Positions 8,912 to 18,652 of a DNA stretch of 64,000 nt are shown one piece after another. Position 1 is the first letter of the stretch. The number at the start of each line of letters is the position of its first letter. The stretch comes from Bacillota bacterium (GTDB lineage: Bacteria; Bacillota_I; Bacilli_A; RF39; UBA660), in NCBI GenBank assembly GCA_015059335.1, contig SVAP01000001.1, forward strand, positions 66,244-130,243. The letters run 5' to 3'. The notes under the pieces are model-generated. The model did no database searches. It saw only the letters and a program-made list of their open reading frames with translations, and was not told the DNA's origin. Both the position numbers and the translations under genes were made by a program.

Positions 8912-9376
8912 ATGGCAACAAGTCAGTACGAAAAAAAAGTAAGACCAAAGTTACCACTGGTCGCAAAATGGTGCAGAAGTGGACTAACAGATAAAGAAAT
9001 CTGGAATAGATTAGGTATAGAAAAATCTAGTTATTATGCTTACCAAAATAAATTTCCAGAATTTAAAGAAATAGTTCATAAAAATAAAGAATTTTGTGAT
9101 GCTGAAGTAGAAAATCAATTTTATAAGAATTGTTTGGGATATGAATATGTTGAACAAGCATTAACCACTAAAAAAGAAGTAATATACGTAGATGGGAAAC
9201 GAGTTAAAGAAATTAGTGAACCTGTAGTGGTTGAGCTAAGAAAACATAAACCATCAGAAACTAATGCTGCTAAATTCTGGTTACAAAATCGTGATCCAGA
9301 AAATTGGAAAGAAAAGCAACAAATTGATTTAGGTAATAAAGATGATAAACCATTCAAATTGGAAGATGTGATTTAA
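8912..9376 (+). CDS. terS: terminase small subunit
   Basis: N-terminal HTH-like region plus KFWLQNRDPENWKEKQQ motif typical of TerS; immediately upstream of terL; start at internal ATG with SD ggtgaaatta. Confidence 0.7.
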   Translation: MATSQYEKKVRPKLPLVAKWCRSGLTDKEIWNRLGIEKSSYYAYQNKFPEFKEIVHKNKEFCDAEVENQFYKNCLGYEYVEQALTTKKEVIYVDGKRVKEISEPVVVELRKHKPSETNAAKFWLQNRDPENWKEKQQIDLGNKDDKPFKLEDVI

Positions 9377-11172
9377 TGAAATGTACTGCTAGTTTTTTAA
9401 TTGAACGTAGAAAACAAAAATGGTATGAAGATAATGATATTGAAAGAGATAAAATATTTAGGGAACTAGTTGTCGAAGAGTTAAGTATAAATGAAGAGTT
9501 ACGTAATGAGATTAAAGCAAACCCAGAAAAATTAATAGAATTAGTATTTATAGTTGTTAACAAAGAAAAGAAAACTGTACCTTTTTTCTTAAGTGAGGTA
9601 CAGTTAGATTTTAAAGATATATTAAATCAAGCTAAACAAGATTTTAAAGAAGGTAAATTGTTAGATTTATCTTTTTTAATTTTAAAAGGGAGACAGTTAG
9701 GATTTACTACGTTTATAACTGCATATCAACTAGCATGTACTATAACTACAAGAAACTTTGAGGGATATACAATTGCAGATAATACAGATAATGTAGAATC
9801 AATATTTACAAATAAAGCAAAATTTATGTATAACAATCTTCCCGAAAAATTAAAGCCAACAGAAAAATATAATACTAAAAGACAATTAATATTTGAAAAG
9901 ATAAATAGTAGTTGGGGAATAGATTCAGCAACTAAAGACATGGGACGTTCTAGAACAATAAACTTCCTACATGCTTCAGAGTGTGCTTTCTGGCAATACG
10001 GAATTGCAATTACACAAGCAGGTCTTGGAGAAGCTCTTACTAAAGATTCTATAAAAATATATGAATCTACTGCTAATGGATATAATGACTTTCAAAAAAT
10101 GTGGGCAAGTGGAACCTGTATCAATTGTTTCTATGAGTGGTGGAGAACAAAAGAATATGCTCTAGAATTTGAAAGTGAATCTATCAAACAACAGTTTATT
10201 AACAATATTAACAATAAAACTGAGTGGATATATACTAGATTAAAGTGGCTTAAAAATGTTAAACATTTAACTTTAAACCAATTATATTGGTATTATAAAA
10301 AATATGAAAAATATATTGAAAAAGATATGATTAAACAAGAATATCCATGTACACCAGATGATGCATTCCTAAGTAGTGGTAGATGTGTATTTGATACCGA
10401 ACAAGTAATGTCAAGAATAGAAGAACTTAAAGATAAAGAACCTATTAAGGTAGGATATTTTGAGTATAAATATGATGATACAAAACCAACAAAAGAAAAA
10501 ATATCAAATATTGAGTGGATAGATGATCCTAATGGTTTTATTAAGATATATGAAGATGTTCAAAAAGGTTATCCTTATGTTGTAGGTGGAGATACTGCTG
10601 GTGATGGTTCTGATAACTTTACAGGACAAATAATAAATAATATAACTGGTAATCAAGTTGCAGTTTTAAAACATCAATTTGATGAGGATATTTATTCTAG
10701 ACAAATGTACTGTTTAGGTAAATATTTTAACAATGCTTTACTAAGTGTTGAAGTTAATTATTCTACTTATCCAGTTAAGGAACTAGAAAGATTAGGATAT
10801 GATAATCAATTTATTAGGGAAGCAGAAGATACTTACACAAAAAGAAAGTTTAATAAATATGGTTTTAAAACAACAACACAAACTAGGCCATTAATAATAT
10901 CACTAATTATTAAATGGTTTAAGGAAAATATAGATAAAATCAATGATATAGATACTCTAGAAGAAGCATTAAGGTTTATTAGAAATGAAAAAGGTAGACC
11001 CGAGGCAGAAGTAGGATATCATGATGATTTAATTATGGGATTTGCTATATGTATTTATTCTAGGGAGCAAGGATCATTTGAAATTGAAATAGAGGAAGAA
11101 CCAAAAGTGGTGCTTCCTTTTGCACTTCAAGATGATGATGAAGAAGATGATGGTGAATATATAAGGTGGTGA
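9376..11172 (+). CDS. terL: terminase large subunit
   Basis: N-terminal ATPase region (LKGRQLGFTTFI); C-terminal RNase-H-like nuclease motif VVGGDTAGDGSDNFTG; ATGA overlap with terS; 598 aa. Confidence 0.8.
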   Translation: MKCTASFLIERRKQKWYEDNDIERDKIFRELVVEELSINEELRNEIKANPEKLIELVFIVVNKEKKTVPFFLSEVQLDFKDILNQAKQDFKEGKLLDLSFLILKGRQLGFTTFITAYQLACTITTRNFEGYTIADNTDNVESIFTNKAKFMYNNLPEKLKPTEKYNTKRQLIFEKINSSWGIDSATKDMGRSRTINFLHASECAFWQYGIAITQAGLGEALTKDSIKIYESTANGYNDFQKMWASGTCINCFYEWWRTKEYALEFESESIKQQFINNINNKTEWIYTRLKWLKNVKHLTLNQLYWYYKKYEKYIEKDMIKQEYPCTPDDAFLSSGRCVFDTEQVMSRIEELKDKEPIKVGYFEYKYDDTKPTKEKISNIEWIDDPNGFIKIYEDVQKGYPYVVGGDTAGDGSDNFTGQIINNITGNQVAVLKHQFDEDIYSRQMYCLGKYFNNALLSVEVNYSTYPVKELERLGYDNQFIREAEDTYTKRKFNKYGFKTTTQTRPLIISLIIKWFKENIDKINDIDTLEEALRFIRNEKGRPEAEVGYHDDLIMGFAICIYSREQGSFEIEIEEEPKVVLPFALQDDDEEDDGEYIRW

Positions 11173-11177
11173 TTAAT

Positions 11178-11423
11178 ATGTTAGAGGGAATTATTTATTT
11201 AATATTCTTTGGAATTGGACTATATTGTGGTCTTAAACTTGAATTTAAAGACAAAGATAAATTTATTGATGATATTGTTGATGAAGTTGTTGATGAAACA
11301 GTAACTGAAATATTTGAATCTAAAAATACTAGTCAAGAACAAACAGAAGGTACACAATATCCTAATGAGTTAACTCCAGAAATTATAGATGAATGGATGA
11401 ATGGTGCAGGTGATAATAAATGA
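11178..11423 (+). CDS. small hypothetical protein (TM helix plus acidic tail)
   Basis: SD aaggtggtga; lies between terL and portal. Confidence 0.4.
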   Translation: MLEGIIYLIFFGIGLYCGLKLEFKDKDKFIDDIVDEVVDETVTEIFESKNTSQEQTEGTQYPNELTPEIIDEWMNGAGDNK

Positions 11424-13126
11424 GACATGTAACACTATGGAATTACTTTAAAAAAGGTTTAAAATATCAAAGTGATAATAATCTAGATGAAAAGTGGAAA
11501 ATGTGTGCTGACTTTGTAGATGGTAAACAATGGCCAGAACCAACAAAAAAGACAAAGAATTTACCACGTCCTGTTATAAATTTCTGTGATATGATTTTAA
11601 ATAATAAAAAATCAAATATTTTAAATCAAAATATAAAGATTTTATTTAAACCTGGTGAAATGTTTGGACCAAATGTGGATACTGCAATGATAGGATCAGA
11701 CATATTTACTAGATTTGCAGAAGTAGTAAAAGAAGATTTAGGACAAAGTGATTTAGATGATGAAGCACAAAATCATGCAGGTAAATATGGTACTTACATT
11801 TATCATTATTATTGGGATAAAGAAATTATAGGTGGTATGCAATCAAAATATATTGGTGGTATGCGTGGTGAAATAATTAATCCTAAAAATATATTCTTTG
11901 CTAATCCTAGAAAAAAAGATGAACAAAAACAAGAATACATACAAATTGCTAGTATAGAAAAAGTAAAGGATGTAAAAGCAGAAGCTAAGAAAAATAATAT
12001 TTCTACTTGGGATAACATCGTGGCAGACCATGAAATAGAAGAAGAGGAATATAAAGATGAAGAAGTTGTTACCGTAATAACTACATATTCAAGAAAAGAT
12101 GGTAGAGTTATTTGGGAAAAATCAACTAGTACATCTATGGTATGTGAAGCAACATACTTAAATCCAGAAATTAATAGTAAGATTAATTTAGAAAAGGAAT
12201 CTACAAATGAAATAAATGAACCTGATAAAGCAAATATTGGTTCATTTAAAAATGAAATGTATCCAATAGTTGTTGGAAATCATTATAAGGTAGAAAAAAG
12301 TATATTTGGTCGTGGAGAAATAGAAAACATTATTCCTAATCAAAAAGCATTGAACTTTAATGTAGGTTTAATGCTTTTATCAGTTCAACAAACTGCATGG
12401 CCAAAGTTAATTGCCAAAATAGGTGCTTTAGGAAAACAAGATATTACTAACGCACCAGGTGAGATTCTTTATGATTATTCTAGAGAAAATGGTTGGGGTA
12501 TTAAAAATATGGAAACTCCAGCATTTAATCCACAGGCAATTCAGTTAACAGATAAATTGTTAGAATTAACAAGGACTGTATCTGGTTCTACAGAAGTATC
12601 TACTGGTGAAGTTGCTGGTGCCAATATGGCAGCAAGTGCTATTATTGCACTACAAAATCAAGCAAAGAAACCAATTGATATGTTACAAAAATCTTTTTAT
12701 AGAAGTTATAAGAAGATTGCTAAACTGTACGAACAATTTTTCAAAATGTACTATACAGATAACAGAGTTTTTTCATTTGAAGAAGATGGTCAAAATTATG
12801 CTGTTGAAATGAATGGCAAAAACTTTGAAGAATATGAATTTAATGCAACTGTTGAAATTGGTGCTGGAGGAGTATTTAGTGAATCATTAACAGTTAACTT
12901 GTTAGAGTCATTAAGAAATAGAAATACAATTGATGATGATGATTTAATAGAACTATATCCAGATAGTGCAATGCCATTTAAAGCACAGTTAAAGAAAATT
13001 AGAGAAAGAAAAGCCAAAGAAATGATGTTGCAGCAACAAATGCTTGCTCAAACACCTATTGGTGATAATCCTACATTACCACCAATAGAAAACGTAAATA
13101 ACGAAAATATGAGAACACCAATTTAG
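11420..13126 (+). CDS. putative portal protein
   Basis: 568 aa; position after terL and before scaffold/capsid; ATGA coupling. Confidence 0.6.
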   Translation: MRHVTLWNYFKKGLKYQSDNNLDEKWKMCADFVDGKQWPEPTKKTKNLPRPVINFCDMILNNKKSNILNQNIKILFKPGEMFGPNVDTAMIGSDIFTRFAEVVKEDLGQSDLDDEAQNHAGKYGTYIYHYYWDKEIIGGMQSKYIGGMRGEIINPKNIFFANPRKKDEQKQEYIQIASIEKVKDVKAEAKKNNISTWDNIVADHEIEEEEYKDEEVVTVITTYSRKDGRVIWEKSTSTSMVCEATYLNPEINSKINLEKESTNEINEPDKANIGSFKNEMYPIVVGNHYKVEKSIFGRGEIENIIPNQKALNFNVGLMLLSVQQTAWPKLIAKIGALGKQDITNAPGEILYDYSRENGWGIKNMETPAFNPQAIQLTDKLLELTRTVSGSTEVSTGEVAGANMAASAIIALQNQAKKPIDMLQKSFYRSYKKIAKLYEQFFKMYYTDNRVFSFEEDGQNYAVEMNGKNFEEYEFNATVEIGAGGVFSESLTVNLLESLRNRNTIDDDDLIELYPDSAMPFKAQLKKIRERKAKEMMLQQQMLAQTPIGDNPTLPPIENVNNENMRTPI

Positions 13127-13207
13127 TGTTCTTTTATTTTGTCCTTTTTTAGTAGGACTGAAAGAACTATCTACGCATTGAAGAGCGCAAAAATCTAAGG
13201 AGGAAAT

Positions 13208-13990
13208 ATGGAAAACGAATTAATTGGAAGCGGAAAAGAGTTGGAAGTCGCTGAACCAACAACAGAAGTAACAGATGATGTTACTGAAAATCCTGGTGAA
13301 GAACAAGGTGAAGATGGTCTTGTCTTAACTGATGATTCATCAGAGGAAGAATCTGAAAGTGATGATGGTGAAAAGAAAGAAAAAACACCTCAGTCAAAAG
13401 AAGATAATTCTAAATATGCCGAAGCTAGAAGAAAAGCTGAAAAAGAGGCAGAAATAAAAATTAAGGAAGCCTATGAAAAAGGAAAACTTGAGGCTTATAT
13501 TGGAAAAATTAATCCTTATACAAATGAAGAGATTAAAGATATCCAAGATGTTGAAACATACGAGACAATGTTTCAAATATCACAAGCTGGAAAGGATCCT
13601 ATTCAAGACTATCCGAAAGCAGTCGCTGATAAGAGAAGAGTTGATTATGAAAAAGAACTTAAAGATAAAGAAATTAAAGAAAAAGTTCAAAAGGAAGTCG
13701 AAGACTTTAAAAATAAATATCCTAGTATCAACTTAAATCAATTATTAGCAGACAAGAACTTTAACGATTATATGGATGGAAAACAAAAACCATTAGTTGA
13801 AGTTTATGAATCATTTGAAAATCTAAAAAAATCTTTTAGAAATGATGCAATAGAAGATGCTAAAAAGACTATTTCTAATGCGCATAGTTCACCAGGTAGT
13901 TTAAATGGTGGAACTGAAATTAAGTACGATTATGCAACTATGTCTAGTGCTGACTTTCAAAAAGAGGTTGATAAAGTATTAAGCCAATAA
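13208..13990 (+). CDS. putative scaffolding protein
   Basis: very acidic N-terminus, K/E-rich coiled coil, directly upstream of the capsid gene; SD aaggagga. Confidence 0.6.
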   Translation: MENELIGSGKELEVAEPTTEVTDDVTENPGEEQGEDGLVLTDDSSEEESESDDGEKKEKTPQSKEDNSKYAEARRKAEKEAEIKIKEAYEKGKLEAYIGKINPYTNEEIKDIQDVETYETMFQISQAGKDPIQDYPKAVADKRRVDYEKELKDKEIKEKVQKEVEDFKNKYPSINLNQLLADKNFNDYMDGKQKPLVEVYESFENLKKSFRNDAIEDAKKTISNAHSSPGSLNGGTEIKYDYATMSSADFQKEVDKVLSQ

Positions 13991-14008
13991 TGAAAGGGAA
14001 GTGATAGT

Positions 14009-14947
14009 ATGCCTAATACTCAAACAATTACAACTTTAACAGTTGAAAATCAAACATTTTATGATAGAGCTTTGTTAGAAAGATTATTACCTGAATTACA
14101 TTTTTATAATGATGGTAAAAAGAAAAAAGTTCCTAAAGGAAAAGGAACAAAAATTGAATGGAGAAAATTTGCTTCATTAGCAATTCCAGAACAAGCATTA
14201 ACTGAAGGTACTACTCCAAATGGTAGTTCTTTAAGTATTACATCATTGGTTGCTGAATTAAGTCAATATGGTGACTTTGTTGAAATCTCTGATGTATTAG
14301 ATATGCAATCTAAAGATCCAGTTATTACTGAAACATCACAATTATTAGGTGAACAAGCTGCATTACTTGTTGACACTAAAATAAGAGATGTTGTTACTGC
14401 TGGAACAAATGTAAGATTTGTTGGTGGTAAAACTGGTCGTTCTGAATTAACTGCTGCTGATGTTTTAACTGGTGAAGAAGTTAAAAAAGCAGTAAGAGAT
14501 TTAAGAAAAAATAATGCAAAAACATTTGCAGATGGATATTTCCATGCTGTAATCAGTCCAGAACAAGCATATGACTTAATGAGTGATACTGCTGATGGTG
14601 GATGGATTGATGCCAATAAATACACTGATAATAAGAAATTATTAAAAGGTGAAATTGGTGAATATGCTGGTGTAAGATTTATGACATCAAGCAACACTGC
14701 TACTGGAACTGGTGCTAGTGATGCAACAGTACATTTAGGAGTTATTTATGGTAAAGACTCTTATGGTGTTCCAGAAATTGGTGAAGGGTCAGCTGCAAAA
14801 CCATCTATTATAGTAAAAGCACAAGGTAGTGCTGGAACTGCAGACCCATTAAATCAAAGAAGTACAATTGGATGGAAAAACTTCTTTGAATCTAAAATAT
14901 TAGAACAAAATGCTATTGTAAGAATTGAAACAGGAATATCTGCATAA
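14009..14947 (+). CDS. major capsid protein
   Basis: 312 aa; position after scaffold; G/T/A-rich composition typical of capsid proteins. Confidence 0.6.
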   Translation: MPNTQTITTLTVENQTFYDRALLERLLPELHFYNDGKKKKVPKGKGTKIEWRKFASLAIPEQALTEGTTPNGSSLSITSLVAELSQYGDFVEISDVLDMQSKDPVITETSQLLGEQAALLVDTKIRDVVTAGTNVRFVGGKTGRSELTAADVLTGEEVKKAVRDLRKNNAKTFADGYFHAVISPEQAYDLMSDTADGGWIDANKYTDNKKLLKGEIGEYAGVRFMTSSNTATGTGASDATVHLGVIYGKDSYGVPEIGEGSAAKPSIIVKAQGSAGTADPLNQRSTIGWKNFFESKILEQNAIVRIETGISA

Positions 14948-14990
14948 GGTATTCCTTTTCTAATTCTAAAATAATGAGAGGAAGAGATTT

Positions 14991-15272
14991 ATGAGTAAAG
15001 TAGAAACTAATATTGATAATAATGAAAATCAAACAAAACCTGTTGAACCAGTAAAACCTGAACCAACAAAACCTGTTGAAAAAGAATATGATTTTGTTAA
15101 AAGATTAAAAAAGGATATGGTAGAAATTAAAATACCTGTTGATCCTATGAATAAACATTTAAAAACAGAAGATGTTTATATCAATGGTTATCGTTGGACT
15201 ATTGAAAAAGGTAAAACAGTAAAAGTACCAAGAGCAGTAAAAGAAGTATTAGAAAATGCTGGTATTATCTAG
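14991..15272 (+). CDS. hypothetical virion protein (Pro-rich linker KPVEPVKPEPTKPVEKE)
   Basis: 93 aa; SD gaggaaga. Confidence 0.4.
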   Translation: MSKVETNIDNNENQTKPVEPVKPEPTKPVEKEYDFVKRLKKDMVEIKIPVDPMNKHLKTEDVYINGYRWTIEKGKTVKVPRAVKEVLENAGII

Positions 15273-15335
15273 CATTTTTTTATCAAGTTAAGAGTATTAT
15301 GGTGGTGCAACTCCACTAAACTTGTCTAGGAGGAA

Positions 15336-15914
15336 ATGTTTATGAGATATGGAGATATATTACTTAGTGCATTAAGAAAAATGTTTTTAAATAAAGGAAA
15401 TATTAAAATTGAGGAATTAGAAACTTTAAAAAATGATAAAAACTATAAAACATACTTAGATGGAATCCACAATGTTGTTAATGAATGTATTGATAAACTT
15501 TTAGAAGTTAAACCATACATACAATATACCGAAGTTACTGACAAATACGATTTAACTGATGATGAAGATTTCAAATCTGTTTATGATTTATTTGATGAAA
15601 AAGGAAATAGAAAACAATATCACGTTGAGGGTGAAACAATACTAAGAATACACGATGCAGAAGAAAATGAAGTTTATACTATGTATTATGAATCTTATTA
15701 TTATGTAACTGAAAGAACTACACCAACAACAAAGTTACCATTAGCAAGAGAACTATGTAATTTAATACCTCTATATTTAGCAGGTGAACTATATAAGGAT
15801 GATGATATTGCACTTGCTACAACATATATGAATGAGTTCGAAGCAGGACTTGATGGATTAAAAGGTCATGCTCCAGAACAAAAATCTATTAAAGATGTAT
15901 TTGGAGTGTTTTAA
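15336..15914 (+). CDS. putative head-tail adaptor/structural protein
   Basis: 192 aa; position; SD ctaggagga. Confidence 0.4.
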   Translation: MFMRYGDILLSALRKMFLNKGNIKIEELETLKNDKNYKTYLDGIHNVVNECIDKLLEVKPYIQYTEVTDKYDLTDDEDFKSVYDLFDEKGNRKQYHVEGETILRIHDAEENEVYTMYYESYYYVTERTTPTTKLPLARELCNLIPLYLAGELYKDDDIALATTYMNEFEAGLDGLKGHAPEQKSIKDVFGVF

Positions 15915-17686
15915 TGAAATATCCTATGCCAAAAAGTTCTAAATTATTAGTTATTAATGATTTTAAAGGTGTAGATTTTACAAGTTCAAGTGTTGATAAA
16001 AAAAGAAGTGGTAATGCTTATAATGTTATAAATAATAATGGTTATATTGAATCAAGACCAAGTTATGAATTATTAAAAAAAATAGGCAATAAAATAAATG
16101 GTTCATGGAATGTTGATACTAAATCTGGTGACTATTTTTTAATTCATAGCGGAACTAAATTATATCAGGTAACTAGTGATTTTTCATCATATGTTGAAGT
16201 ATGTAGTAATTTAAATGATGTTAAATCAACAGGACAATATATAAATGGTTATTTAATAATTATAGATGGAAAGAGAAATATTATATTTGGTAACTTTGGT
16301 AATAGTTATGAAGCCAGATATTTAGATGAATGTGGTACGATTCCCATAACAACTATTGGCATGAGTCCAAGTGGTGGTGGTAAATCTTATCAACCTATTA
16401 ATATGGCTAGTAAGTATAGAATTAATATGATTAGAGGTACTGCAGAAGATACAGTTTATAATTTAAATGATACAAATTTAGATGATAATAGTGATGTTTT
16501 AATTCAATTGTTGACTTTAGATGGATGGGAAGTCTTAGATAGTAGTGAATATACTGTTGATTATGTAAATGGTAAGGTTACATTTAAAATTGCTCCCGGA
16601 GAAACCCCTCTTAATGAAGAAGATAATGTTAGCATTAGATATTGTAAAACTAATACTGAATATCTAGATATATTAAATAATTGCACAATATCAACAGTAT
16701 TCGGTTACAACGGAAATGATGATAGAATTTTTATTACAGGAAATAAAAATTTTAAAAATATGGTATGGTATAGTTATTCAAATGACGTAACATATTTTCC
16801 AGATATAAATTATATTCAAGTAGGTCAAGAAGAAATTAATAACTTTACTAGAATTAATAGTGGTAAATTAGGAATACAAAAACCAAAATCAGATTCAGAC
16901 AGCACTATCTATTATTTAGAAAGTGCTATTTTTAATAATGAAGAAGTATTCCCATTAACTGCTGGAGTTAAAACAATAGGATGTATTGGAAAATATGCTA
17001 ATTCTAATTTAGTTAATGATCCTTTAACTTTAACAGAACAAGGTGTCTTTGCAATAGTTTCTTCTGATAACGAAAAATTTGCAATGTTAAGAAGTTATTA
17101 TGTTAATGGTAAATTATTAAAAGAAAAAAACTTAGAAGAAGCAGTTGCAATTAGTTTTAAAGGAAAATATTATTTAGCTATTAATAATAATGTGTATATA
17201 GCTGATAGCAGATTTAAAAGTTATGCTAAAAATAGTCAAACAGAAGATTACCAATATGAATGGTATTTTTGGAAAGATATACCTGTTAGGGTATGGTTTA
17301 TATTTAATAATGAACTTTACTTTGGTACTGAAACAGGTGATATATGTAAAATAAACGATGTTCAAAATAACGAAGATAATTTCGAATCGTATTTTGAAAC
17401 TCCACCACTTAGTTTAGATAGTACTGTTTTAAATAAGACTATTAAAAAAGTAGGATTAATTTACAAAAATAATAGTGAATTTGAATTTGGATATATTACA
17501 CCTGATGGTGAAGAAAAAATTATTGATTTAAAAAGTGGTGAAACAGATTTTCCTGTTGTTATTTTAGAAAAGGAAAAAATAAGAAAATTCTTATATATTA
17601 AATTTTTTGTTAGAAGTAAGAAAAGACTTACTTTAGAACAGTTAAATGTGGAATATGTATATAGTGGAAGATACAAAGGAGAGTGA
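15914..17686 (+). CDS. putative tail/structural protein (590 aa)
   Basis: ATGA coupling; beta-rich N/T/S/Y-rich sequence. Confidence 0.45.
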   Translation: MKYPMPKSSKLLVINDFKGVDFTSSSVDKKRSGNAYNVINNNGYIESRPSYELLKKIGNKINGSWNVDTKSGDYFLIHSGTKLYQVTSDFSSYVEVCSNLNDVKSTGQYINGYLIIIDGKRNIIFGNFGNSYEARYLDECGTIPITTIGMSPSGGGKSYQPINMASKYRINMIRGTAEDTVYNLNDTNLDDNSDVLIQLLTLDGWEVLDSSEYTVDYVNGKVTFKIAPGETPLNEEDNVSIRYCKTNTEYLDILNNCTISTVFGYNGNDDRIFITGNKNFKNMVWYSYSNDVTYFPDINYIQVGQEEINNFTRINSGKLGIQKPKSDSDSTIYYLESAIFNNEEVFPLTAGVKTIGCIGKYANSNLVNDPLTLTEQGVFAIVSSDNEKFAMLRSYYVNGKLLKEKNLEEAVAISFKGKYYLAINNNVYIADSRFKSYAKNSQTEDYQYEWYFWKDIPVRVWFIFNNELYFGTETGDICKINDVQNNEDNFESYFETPPLSLDSTVLNKTIKKVGLIYKNNSEFEFGYITPDGEEKIIDLKSGETDFPVVILEKEKIRKFLYIKFFVRSKKRLTLEQLNVEYVYSGRYKGE

Positions 17687-17691
17687 TTATA

Positions 17692-18642
17692 ATGCAAGGA
17701 GCAAGTAATTATGCACAAGCACAAGCAGATTTAATTAAAAAACAACAACAATATTTATTAGATGAAGCTAAAAAATCAGAAGAAAATAGATTAAAGGCAC
17801 TAGAATCATCTAATCAACAAGCAATAAACCAATTAAATCAAAACAAAGTTACTGTTAATGAAAATGCTGATAGTTTAAATAGACAAGAATATTTATATAA
17901 GATGTTAAATCAAGAAGCATTAAATCAAAATTTAAGTAGATATAGAATAGGTACTAGTGGTGCTAGAGAAACTTCTTTAAATGATTTATATGCACAATAT
18001 GGTGAAAACGTAAATAAAATAAATACTGACAGAAATCAGGGATTAAGAGATATAGATAATCAAATTAGTGATACTAATCTAGCTTATGAAACAAATAAAA
18101 ATACTGCACTAAGTGAAGAAGCACTTAAAAGATTACAATTACAACAATCAATAGATGCTCAAGCTCTAGATAGATATAACAATGCCTATAATTGGTTTGT
18201 TCAAGAAGAAGCAAGAAAACAAGCATTAAAAGAGTATGAAGCTGCACAAGCGCAAATTGAAAGAGAATATCAATTACAGAAAGAACAATTAGCATTCCAA
18301 AGGGAATATCAACAACAACAGCTAGCATACGAAAAATTGAAATGGCAACAAGAATATGAACTATCAAAAAAACAAGCTGAAAGTTACAGTTATGATTTAA
18401 TAGACAGTATTCAAAATAATCAACAAAAAACTCAGAATACTAGTAATTTTAGCAATGCTTCTGCATTGCAGTCTAAACTTTCTAAATCAAAACCAACACA
18501 ATATGGTTCTACAAATTCGGCTTATACTATGAAATATAATGCTTGGAAAGAAAACGCAAAATTATCTTTACAAGATGCATTAAAATCGGGACAAATAACA
18601 GAATCAGATGTAAAAACAATATATAAAAATTTAGGTTTATAG
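17692..18642 (+). CDS. Gln-rich coiled-coil virion protein
   Basis: SD aaggagag; strongly Q/A/E-rich. Confidence 0.45.
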   Translation: MQGASNYAQAQADLIKKQQQYLLDEAKKSEENRLKALESSNQQAINQLNQNKVTVNENADSLNRQEYLYKMLNQEALNQNLSRYRIGTSGARETSLNDLYAQYGENVNKINTDRNQGLRDIDNQISDTNLAYETNKNTALSEEALKRLQLQQSIDAQALDRYNNAYNWFVQEEARKQALKEYEAAQAQIEREYQLQKEQLAFQREYQQQQLAYEKLKWQQEYELSKKQAESYSYDLIDSIQNNQQKTQNTSNFSNASALQSKLSKSKPTQYGSTNSAYTMKYNAWKENAKLSLQDALKSGQITESDVKTIYKNLGL

Positions 18643-18652
18643 TGGTGATTAA

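Noticed and set aside
8785-8994. 69-aa ORF overlapping the terS start
   Set aside because: It begins inside the right inverted repeat, has no SD, and overlaps the better-supported terS start at 8912.
11420-13126. Faint similarity of the portal C-terminus (MLQQQMLAQ) to the Q-rich T7 gp8 tail
   Set aside because: The match is too short and too low-complexity to support homology.
12606-13736. Plus-strand alternative-frame ORFs 12606-12812, 13473-13736, 25375-25563 and 33831-34019
   Set aside because: Each lies out of frame inside a longer, better-supported CDS (portal, scaffold, the 720-aa protein, or the LytTR gene on the opposite strand) and has no SD.
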